Shown: in pieces, positions 11,083 to 20,123 of the stretch
How the letters are laid out: each line of letters opens with the position of its first letter
How positions within the stretch are numbered: position 1 is the first letter of the stretch
The notes under the pieces: generated by a model
Seen by the model: the letters and a program-made list of their open reading frames with translations, nothing else
The model's database searches: none
Told to the model about the DNA's origin: nothing
Translations under genes and position numbers: made by a program
Origin: Tubiluchus corallicola
Lineage: Eukaryota; Animalia; Priapulida
Direction of reading: 5' to 3'
DNA length: 20,123 nt
Assembly (NCBI GenBank): GCA_030141605.1
Contig: JAQGDQ010001937.1
Span: forward strand, 1-20,123

Positions 11083-11988
11083 TAACTTATACGAATGAAG
11101 TTGTCATATGATAACAAATCTTAAAGCTCTGTTGTTAATAAGCAGCAACAAATGCGAATTGAATGAAATGGTTAAAGTGTCTTAAAACACTGTAAATGCT
11201 CATTTGTTTTAATCAAAATAACTTGTTCTATGTATAACACAAAAGACGTCCTTTAATGTGGTCTTAGTTGCCTCCAAAATGTCCTCAAATACAAATGCGG
11301 GCGACAGGAGCTCGGAAGCCGGGGGGGGGGTACAACGCTCCCACACAATTTTACTCATATCTAGTCACGTGATCAAAAGAAGGGTCACTCCTTTAAATAC
11401 ACGAATAGGTTTTATTTTGACTAGCGTTTACGTTTAATGTGAATTTTTTAAGTATCACAGTATAACGTATAATTGCCGGAGTAATAATTTTTTTGTCACA
11501 CGCCCGGTTGAGAATTTTACAGTTTATTTGCACGTTCAGTTCTTATACTTTCTTGACACAATCATATAAATGTGTACTTTTTTAAATTTAAATTGCAAAA
11601 CTCAATGACTAAATTATACATTGTTGTTTTAGCATATTAACGGCCGAGTATTGTTGCCGCTTATAGCATAAATATTCGTTCGTGAGATTATATGGTGATC
11701 GATAATTATACGATAATTTAGTAATGTGAAACAAAAAACTAAGAAACAAAGTGTGTAAAAAGTATTGAAAAATTTAAAACATTACTGCTAAATAGTGGGG
11801 TTTAATCAAACTTTAATTTCAACTGATTTTAAATATTCCACGTTTCAGCCTTAAATAAATTTTAGTTTAAGTTTTACCTGCTTAATTTTGCAATTTTACT
11901 GACAGATGCAACTTTCTTTGCAAGACAATTATGCAGGACCATAATTCCTGAAATTTTTTTGTATATGCATGGAATTCTGGCCTCATTA

Positions 11989-12394
11989 AGCCTTTTCACA
12001 GTTTAGTTGTGCGCACAGCACCGCATCTTAACTACAACCGTCACATGACATGTGGGTAAAGCAAATGCGTCTGCTGCATCAGTCTGTGCATAGATTGATT
12101 TACAAGCAGGATCTTCTTTGGGAACAAGAAAAAATGGTCTAGGTTAGGTTCTGGCTAGCTCATGTGGGTAAAGTAAATGTGTCTGCTGCATCAGTCTGTG
12201 CGCAGATTGATTTACTAGCAGGATCCTGTTTGGGAACAAGAGAAAATGGTCTAGGTTAGGTTCTAGCTAGCTGCTAAAACTGTTACTATTACAACAGCAT
12301 GAGCGTTGTCAAGCGTACTCAAATGCATTGTCTGGTACACTTAACCTTTGACCGTTTCACGATCATCATCAATCACTGGAACTGTGAAAAGGCT
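11989..12394. mobile_element. MITE / non-autonomous DNA transposon with internal 112-bp duplication
   Basis: Perfect 17-bp inverted match TAAGCCTTTTCACAGTT (11987-12003) / AACTGTGAAAAGGCTTA (12380-12396), consistent with 15-bp TIRs plus TA target duplication; internal duplication 12049-12160/12161-12272; related end fragment at 6833. Confidence 0.75.
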
Positions 12395-12884
12395 TATTAA
12401 CCCGACGTTCTAGATGATTGATTGTAGTTGCTTTTTCACGGAAAAGTTCAGTACCATTTTAAATGTCGATTCTAAGAGTAATTCTTTGTGGTACCTAGTC
12501 TTAGTTGTCTGTCTGTTTACTCTCTAGTTTATTATTAAAATTATCATGAACATAAATGATTACATTAAAACTGGCCGCCATAGTAGCTTGTATCTCAGCT
12601 ATTGCTGGTTGAACTCATATAAATATTAAGGTCTCTGTTAACATTCATAGGTTAAGTAAACTCCATGTTTGTTTAGTCTATAAAGCTGAGCGATCCTGCC
12701 AAATATCGTCCAATAAAATGCCGCTTCGACTCGTTAACCAAACAGTGTTTATCGGAAGTTGTTCCTCACAGCTGTCGCTTATATATATGCGTGTTTCTCT
12801 ATGCATGTTACTGCTTGTATAATTTTTTAATGTGCTAACATACGCGATCTGAAAGATAAGTTTAGTGTTTGTGATTTGCCAAAA

Positions 12885-13026
12885 GAATGTGTAAACGACA
12901 GTGTAATCGATTGGCTACTTTAACAACTAATGAATGTGTAAACGACAGTGTAAACGATTGGCTACTTTAACAACTAATGAATTTGTAAACGACAGTGTAA
13001 ACGATTGGCTACTTTAACAACTAATA
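12885..13026. repeat. 47-bp tandem repeat, 3 copies
   Basis: GAATGTGTAAACGACAGTGTAAACGATTGGCTACTTTAACAACTAAT x3. Confidence 0.92.
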
Positions 13027-13312
13027 ATTTTGTTCTTAGTTGATTCGAGAGATGAGATTGTTTTAAGATTGTTTCCTTGTCTACTGAACTCTGCAATTTT
13101 GCTGACAGATGCATTTTTCTTTTCAAATGAATCACACAGGACGATAATTCCTGAACTTGTTTTTCACATTTGTGCCTTTTGCTGATTGAACAATTCTAAG
13201 CTGAAGACTTGAAATTTACAAGCTACAGATGTTTAGAGCTCATATTAGTGCTCAAAATGTGCTGTGTTTAATTACAATTCGTACAAATTTTGTGTTCATA
13301 TTTTATTTGAAA

Positions 13313-13641
13313 ATAAATGATCACTCTGTTCTGGATACGGTACTAAGTGTGTAATTAGTGATGTGATCAATGAGTGATTTTATTAACCAGCAAATCTGAA
13401 TGAGTTTATGCCGCTTTACGTTGATAAATGATCACTCTGTTCAGGATACGGTACTAACTGTATAATTGGTGATGTGATCAGTGCGTGATTTTATTAACCA
13501 GCAAATCTGAATGTGTTTATGCCGCTTTACATTGATAAGTGATCACTCTGTTCAGGATCCGGTACTAAGTGTGTAATTGGTGGTGTGATCAATGAGTGAT
13601 TTTATTAACCAGCAAATCTGAATGAGTTTATGCCGCTTTAC
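13313..13641. repeat. 111-bp tandem repeat, 3 copies
   Basis: TGATCACTCTG at 13318, 13429, 13540 with near-identical intervening sequence. Confidence 0.92.
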
Positions 13642-13878
13642 CTTGGTATTAACTCAAGTGGCATACTGGAAACAAGTGTAAATGCATTGTTGTTTAGCAA
13701 AGTACTTTTTAATTACGTATGACCTCAATTCTAAATGCATAAAAACTTCGCATTGTGTTAAATGACATAATTTATGCTTCGAGGAGTGTTAATTACCATT
13801 GGCAAAGTCATTTTCTTAGCGTGTCTGCGTCGTGAGCTCAGTTGACGTAAGCGCCATCTGCACTGCAACTACATCACA

Positions 13879-14039
13879 ATGGCAGGCGTGTTTCAGAACT
13901 GTGGCAGCTCTTCTTCTTCTTCGTCTAGCGTGAACACTGGCGAGACCAGTCCGCTCTTGCCTAGAACTGTAAGTCAGCCAGTCATGTCTAAAAACAACGA
14001 CCACAGAAGATCTACAGGAAAGTCTCTCCTTAGGAATAA
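13879..14039 (+). CDS. Putative first coding exon of an unidentified gene (Ser-rich N-terminus with acidic dileucine motif)
   Basis: ACA-ATG-G start context; MAGVFQNCGSSSSSSSSVNTGETSPLLPRTVSQPVMSKNNDHRRSTGKSLLRN; locally GC-richer; donor AA|GTAAGT at 14040 (phase 2), which joins in frame to 19993. Confidence 0.65.
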
Positions 14040-14172
14040 GTAAGTTGCAGTGGCGCCGTCTTGCGGTAGTAAAAAGCACTATAAATAAGTTGCAGTGGCG
14101 CCGTCTTGCGGTAGTAAAAAGCACTATAAATAAGTTGCAGTGGCGCCGTCTTGCGGTAGTAAAAAGCACTAT
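14036..14172 (+). repeat. 45-bp tandem repeat, 3 copies, starting at the splice donor
   Basis: TAAGTTGCAGTGGCGCCGTCTTGCGGTAGTAAAAAGCACTATAAA at 14041, 14086, 14131. Confidence 0.93.
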
Positions 14173-14236
14173 CTTGAATAGCTGATTTTTGAGTATGTAA
14201 TGTTTTTTGCCTGTCACGGGTCTTATCAAGTGCAGA

Positions 14237-15192
14237 TAAGGTTGCCATCACTCTGGAATTTTCCTGGAGTCTCCCGAAATTCAGTCATAGATTCGTAGTT
14301 CGGGTCGGATTTTTGGAAAAATTCTGAAATCTAGTGAAGTGGAAAATACAACCTATTGAAACTTTGCAAAAGATTAAACCAAAAAACAGCCGAGACTCTG
14401 TTACTAATGTAGTAAAGTTTTTAAATTAAATTTAATCATTTGTATGGCTTCTTAAATTTAATCACTTGTATGGCTTCTTCATTTCACCCATCTACAATCA
14501 CTTGTCTGGCTTCTTCATTTCACCCATCTACACTTGTCTGGCTTCTTCATTTCACCCATCTACACTTGTCTGGCTTCTTCATTTCACCCATCTACAATCA
14601 TTTGTCTGGCTTCTTCATTTCACCTGTCTACAATCACTTGTCTGGCTTCTTCATTTCACCCGTCTACATTTGTCTGGCTTCTTCATTTCACCCATCTACA
14701 ATCACTTGTCTGGCTTCTTCATTTCACCCGTCTACATTTGTCTGGCTTCTTCATTTCACCCATCTACAATCACTTGTCTGGCTTCTTCATTTCACCCGTC
14801 TACATTTGTCTGGCTTCTTCATTTCACCCATCTACAATCACTTGTCTGGCTTCTTCATTTCACCCATCTACAATCACTTGTCTGGCTTCTTCATTTCACC
14901 CATCTACAATCCCTTGTCTGGCTTCTTCATTTCACCCATCTACAATCACTTGTCTGGCTTCTTCATTTCACCCATCTACATTTTTCACCAATTTTTGCTG
15001 CAGCGGCAAACAGGTTTTTTTAGAATCTAAAAACACGTAGTTTATATTTCTTGATTTTAGTTTCTGAAAAATATCTCATAAGCAAGAAATGTTTGGTTTC
15101 CTCGACTCCGTTGAGGGACGCACCAGGGGAGCTACAGACCCCTAGTTAACTCTTTACTCCTGACTTCAGCTCATGACAGGGTGGCAGCCCTA
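14237..15192. mobile_element. Non-autonomous hAT-like DNA transposon
   Basis: Imperfect TIRs TAAGGTTGCCA (14237) / TGGCAGCCCTA (15182-15192); 8-bp flanks AGTGCAGA / AGTGTAGA (7/8 identical), the TSD length typical of hAT. Confidence 0.75.
14432..14981. repeat. 32/36-bp mixed-unit minisatellite inside the hAT-like element
   Basis: TTGTCTGGCTTCTTCATTTCACCCRTCTACA(ATCA)Y, ~15 copies; source of the ORFs at 14440-15040. Confidence 0.95.
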
Positions 15193-15457
15193 AGTGTAGA
15201 CATTGACGTTAAATTTGAAGAAAAAGAAATTCAGATCGCACAAAAGTTTCCACACAAAGCCCATATCACTTAGCATTAGACTTACGTGTTTGAAAGACTT
15301 GTGTAACTTGAGAAGAAATTCTCAATTTAGTAATTTAGAATGTTCTTGCCAAATGACTTACTGACTTACCAACTGACTAAATGGCTTACAAAAAACATTT
15401 TGTTAATACTATTGGCAAGATAAAGTAATTTGTGCATTTCGTTAATTTGTGTTATGA

Positions 15458-15816
15458 ATTATTTTTTAAACTTCACGAAATGTTGTCTAAACTTTTCCTA
15501 GTAAAACTAGTAGTTTTCCATAAATCTAAAATTTAAATCATGGTGAGGTGAATAGTTGAGTGGTCACATTATGTGCTTGCATTACTCAAGCTTAATGAAA
15601 TCAAACAAACAGCAACGACAACGGCACGAATGCTCTGATTATTTTTTCAAACTTCACTAAATGTCGTCTAAACTTCCAGCTTTTCATAGTAAAACTAGTA
15701 GTTTTCCAGAAATCTCAAATTTAAATGATGGTGAGTATGGTGAGGTGAATAGTTGAGTGGTCACATTGTCTGCTTGCATTACTCAAACTTAATGAAATCA
15801 AACAAGCAGCAACGAC
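15458..15816. repeat. Diverged direct duplication (~180 bp x2)
   Basis: AAACTTCAC..AAATGT.GTCTAAACTT...ATGGTGAGGTGAATAGTTGAGTGGTCACATT...ACAGCAACGACA present at ~15460-15620 and ~15640-15816. Confidence 0.85.
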
Positions 15817-16505
15817 ACACAATTCAAGATTGTGAATAAATTCAACACGGTTAGGGTACCATAATTACTGTTGCTTTAGTAACACTTTGACGTACATTCA
15901 TGGATCAAATATTCACCACCCCGTATCTCTTAAAAACACAACACACAACCCAAAACAAATAAAAAAACTAATTAAAATATCAAACAACTTCAGAAAACAA
16001 ATTACATTAATTTAAAAAACAACAACAAAAACAAACAAACAACCGCTAATGAAGCTAAAATACAAATTACTGACCTTATTAATAAACTTTTAACACACAC
16101 AATGAGTCAGTGACGTTTTACCAGGTGGTACAAATACTTCAAATTTTGTTGAAAAATTTCCTTTTCAAATTATGTAAGTCTTTCAAACAAATTAAGTAAC
16201 AAAACTTTAAGTGGAAAACTTTCTGGGATATACTTTAGACTTCCCCTTTCCTTCCCTTTAATGATTTCTCCAGGTAAACAAGATCTTAACAGGTAAAGTT
16301 TACTAGTGCAGTGACCCAATTTTTCCGATAACATTTGATTGAACGATATCGCAAGATGTGTAGACTTTGATGTGATGTGTATTGAAATTGCTTACTGTTT
16401 AACATCGAGTATAAATATTTACATTCGTGTCAACAGCAACCAGTCTGTAAGGATTGAGTGAAATCTTCACACGTAGATGGACACCAATCCTGCTTGTACA
16501 TTATG

Positions 16506-16506
<1 letters not shown>

Positions 16507-16546
<40 letters not shown>
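16507..16546. repeat. (TCAA)n microsatellite, possibly the 3' tail of a minus-strand retroposon
   Basis: ~9-10 TCAA units; minus strand reads TGAAATAAATTGATTGATTG... Confidence 0.85.
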
Positions 16547-16547
<1 letters not shown>

Positions 16548-16706
16548 TTATTTCAATCCAGCAATACATATACAATACATCAACATACAATACTATTCAA
16601 ACAAAAAGAAACAGTATAGGTAAAAAAACGTTGATGAAGTCAAATTAACCAAATGAAAGAGTTGCTGTATGACACCTTGAAAGTTTGGCTTGTTAAGGTG
16701 GCAGAA

Positions 16707-17098
16707 ATGAGTGAATGAAAGAATGGTTAGGATCAGAAGAAATGATGGAATGAAAGAATGGTTAGGGTTAGTAGACATGATGGAATGGAAAAAAATAGAT
16801 TAGGGATAGGAAGAAGGAAGGGAGGGGAGGATGAGTGAATGAAAGAATGGTTAGGGTCAGAAGAAATGATGGAATGGAAAAAATACTAAGATTAGGGATA
16901 GGGAGAAGGAAGGGAGGGGAGGATGAGTTAATGAAAGAATGGTTAGGGTCAGAAGAAATGATGGAATGGAAAAAAATAGTAAGATTAGGGATAGGGAGAA
17001 GGAAGGGAGGGGCAGATGAGTTAATGAAAGAATGGTTAGGGTCAGAAGAAATGATGGAATGGAAAAAAATAGTAAGATTAGGGATAGGAAGGAGGAAA
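16707..17098. repeat. Purine-rich ~93-bp tandem repeat, ~4 copies
   Basis: ATGAGTKAATGAAAGAATGGTTAGGGTCAGAAGAAATGATGGAATG... at 16707, 16831, 16923, 17016. Confidence 0.9.
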
Positions 17099-17401
17099 AG
17101 AGAAGAAATGCTTGCTACCTTTGGAAGTCTCGATCAAAAATTGTTTTCCTAAAAGCTAGAATCTCACCCGGTTTTAGAACAATAAAGATATCTTTTATCA
17201 CTAGTAAATTAAATTGATTATGAGAGTTCCACTTTTCGGGTTGTGTATTCATATTTCTGCCTTTGCTTCTCAGGTTGTAACCCTGAGTGACCATTGGCCT
17301 TGAACTTGGGACAATTTTTATAAAAAGTAGGTTGTGAAGTTGGCACACATTACAAAATAAATTTATTATTATTATTATAAACGGCAATTACTAGCTGATA
17401 A

Positions 17402-17708
17402 AATTTGTATCGTCATCATTTGCATTCTTATATGTTCTAAAACACGACGCATACCACCTGCTGACGCCATGCACTCCTATCCGCCACTGCTGCCCTCTAG
17501 CTGGTTCAATTTGTATCGTCGTCAGTTTGCATTCTTATATGTTCTAAAACACGGCACATCCCACCTGCTGACGCCATGCATTCCTATCCACCACTGCTGC
17601 CCTCTAGCTGGTTAAATTTGTATCGTTGTCATTTGCAATCTTTTATGTTCTAAAACACGGCACATGCCCCCAGCTGACGCCATGCACTCCTGTCCACCAC
17701 TGTTGCCC
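17402..17708. repeat. ~107-bp tandem repeat, 3 copies
   Basis: AATTTGTATCGT at 17402, 17508, 17615; the third copy overlaps the end of the RTE-like remnant. Confidence 0.9.
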
Positions 17709-17905
17709 ACGATGCATCTTCCTCAAATCTAGAATTGTATTTCCTAAATCTTTTTGTAGTATATCTATAAATGTCAGTAGCTGATTCCTTTCTGCTTTTT
17801 GTTTTTTGCAGAGCTTTATGTAATGGTCTAGAAAGAGGAGATTGTTGAGGTTGTCTTAGTGCATGTCCAATGCAATTCAATCTTCTTACTAGAATTTTTG
17901 TTTAC
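17650..17905 (-). mobile_element. Degenerate RTE-like LINE ORF C-terminus
   Basis: KRRLNCIGHALR...P...AL and VDRSAWR resemble the RRL.W.GH..R and DR..WR C-terminal motifs of RTE-clade proteins; 17838-17905 is duplicated at ~18203-18271; a (CAT)n tract at 17925-17950 may be another 3' tail. Confidence 0.55.
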
Positions 17906-18679
17906 TCCAAGCATTAAGTTTCTACATCATCATCATCATCATCGTCGTCATGCGCCCGTCACGTCTATTGTAGACATTGGGCAGGCAGAATTCAAAAATA
18001 AAAGAAATCTGCCTTAGACAGGTAAATGCAGCAGTAATCCAGCAAAACAAACTAGACACTGCTACGTCAGTGGCTTGTCAGCACCATTTCCGTTAAATTT
18101 CTACGATGCCTGTACTTATGGCAGCAATAGTGGAACTCTTTGATACATACATGTTTTCTGCAGATTTCAAAGAGAGTGCTTTATGTAACGCTATAGAAAG
18201 CGGAGATTCTTGAGGTTGTCTTAGTGCATGTCCAATGCAATTCAATCTTCTTACTAGAATTTTTGTTTACTCGGAAAGTTAAATTTGTGCGATTCCCATA
18301 CTTGTAGCAGCAGTAGTGGAACTCTTTGATACTTACATGAAATGAAACGATACTCCAGAAATGAAACAAACAGAAATCTTCCGTGTATCGTTGTTAATGT
18401 AAGCTATTCTAAGTGCATAATTATGTCATGCTGTCAGTACTAGTAGCAACAGAAATTAGAGTAGTGCAGCAAGACTTGTGAATGGAGATGTAGATCAGTA
18501 ACCTGAAATGTTGCAAGACTCGTTGCCGTTATCGGACACCGTTCTCGATTTTCTATTGGTTTAGTTGATAAACGGCAAAACTTCTAGGTTAGGTATGTCT
18601 CATGTCGGGTGACTAAACTCTACCATGTTTAAACTTCCACGGTAACTTATCGACCTCGTGGTCTATTTGCCTCATTTTT

Positions 18680-19845
18680 GAACTTGCAGTAAAAAAGATT
18701 GTGGATTAGAGATTGTTTAAAGTGTGTGCTTTTGTTATTGTTGCAAACCCGCCTGTAGATGGCAGTAGTATGTGATAGTATTTAATCTTGTTTATGTGAA
18801 TTAGTGTCAAAGCTGCTGAATATTTTGTTCATGTTTTGTACTTTGATTTGCTGTCAAAGAGATTATGGATTAGAGATTGTATCTATGTTTCAAAGTGTGT
18901 GCTTTTGTTATTGTTGCAAACCCGCCTGTAGATGGCAGTAGTATGTGATAGTATTTAATCTTGTTTATGTGAATTAGTGTCAAAGCTGCTGAATATTTTG
19001 TTCATGTTTTGTACTTTGATTTGCAGTCAAAGAGATTATGGATTAGAGATTGTATCTATGTTTCAAAGTGTGTGCTTTTGTTATTGTTGCAAACCCGCCT
19101 GTAGATGGCAGTAGTATGTGATAGTATTTAATCTTGTTTATGTGAATCAGTGTCAAAGCTGCTGAATATTTTGTTCGTGTTTTGTACTTTGATTTGCAGT
19201 CAAAGAGATTATGGATTAGAGATTGTATCTATGTTTCAAAGTGTGTGCTTTTGTTATTGTTGCAAACCCGCCTGTAGATGGCAGTAGTGCGTGGTTGTAT
19301 TTAATCACGTTTATGTGAATCAGTATCAAAGCTGCGGAATATTTTGTTCGTGTTTTGTACTGTCACTTGCAGTCAGAAAGATTATGGATTAAAGATTGTA
19401 TCCATGTTTCAAAGTGTGTGCTTTTGTTATTGTTGCAAACCCGCCTGTAGATGGCAGTAGTGTGTGATTGTATTTAATCACGTTTATGTGAATCAGTGCG
19501 GAAGGTGTTGAATATTTTGTTTGTGTTTTGTACTTTGACTGGCAGTCAAAGTGATTATGGATTAGAGATTGTATCCTTGTTTCAAAGTGTGTGCTTTTGT
19601 TATTGTTGCAAACCCGCCTGTAGATGGCAGTAGTGCTTGATTGTATTTAAACATGTTTATGTGAATCAGTATGAAAGCTGCCGAATATTTTGTTCATGTT
19701 TTGTACTTTGACTTGCAGTCAAATGGATCAAAGATTGTATCCTTGTTTCAAAGTGTGTGCTTTTGTTATTGTTGCAAACCCGCCTGTAGATGGCAGTAGT
19801 GCGTGATTGCATTTAATCACGTTTATGTGAATCAATATCAAAGTC
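18680..19845. repeat. 173-bp satellite-like tandem array, ~7 copies
   Basis: AAACCCGCCTGTAGATGGCAGTAG at 18745, 18918, 19091, 19264, 19437, 19610, 19776. Confidence 0.96.
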
Positions 19846-19992
19846 ATTAATATTTTTTTGCACTTTGGACGCATGAAGCTCCCATTAATTTCAATATCAT
19901 TATTTTGCAAGATACATCGCAGATAAACTTTGACAATTTAACACCCCTTAACTGGCTAATTGATGGATATTTGTTTGTTTTTGTTTATTTAG

Positions 19993-20070
19993 GTCGTACA
20001 GCAGTGCAGGAAGCTCTAAATCTAGCAAAAAAGAGCGTCACAAGATGATGAAATCAGAAGAGGAGGATGA
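19993..20070 (+). CDS. Putative downstream coding exon of the + strand gene
   Basis: T-rich tract TTTGTTTATTTAG| acceptor, GA|GTAAGT donor, 78 nt; in phase 2 it reads (K)SYSSAGSSKSSKKERHKMMKSEEED, matching the phase of the 14040 donor. Confidence 0.65.
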
Positions 20071-20123
20071 GTAAGTTCAAGTAGCTGCCATGTTTTTTTT
20101 GATAAAAAATTATTTAATAATGA

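Noticed and set aside
11888-13155. Similar ~65-bp segments at ~11888-11952 and ~13091-13155
   Set aside because: Short diverged dispersed duplicate with no termini or coding signal; not assignable.
14440-15040. Three overlapping + strand ORFs of 168-196 aa
   Set aside because: Translations of the 32/36-bp minisatellite, cycling among the same three peptides.
16707-17098. Telomeric TTAGGG sequence
   Set aside because: Isolated hexamers inside a longer purine-rich unit, not a tandem telomeric tract.

Overview
AT-rich eukaryotic (animal, probably bilaterian invertebrate) genomic DNA. The minus strand carries the first seven coding exons (~382 codons) of a PGM1-type phosphoglucomutase (TASHNP phosphoserine, DGDGDR metal loop and GEESFG motifs); the gene runs off the left edge. 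A second, divergently oriented spliced gene probably starts at 13879 on the + strand (two exons that join in frame, with an ETSPLL dileucine motif). Roughly a third of the window is tandem duplication, plus CR1- and RTE-like LINE remnants, a hAT-like element and a MITE. Most striking: both ends of one PGM intron are amplified. About 35 x 59-bp copies contain the exon end plus the GT donor, and 17 x 45-bp copies contain branch point, pyrimidine tract, AG and the next exon start, fully in frame and stop-free. CTCF-like motifs recur in four unrelated tandem arrays (including the donor array) and as a cluster in intron 5. All of this was read by eye; no searches were run.
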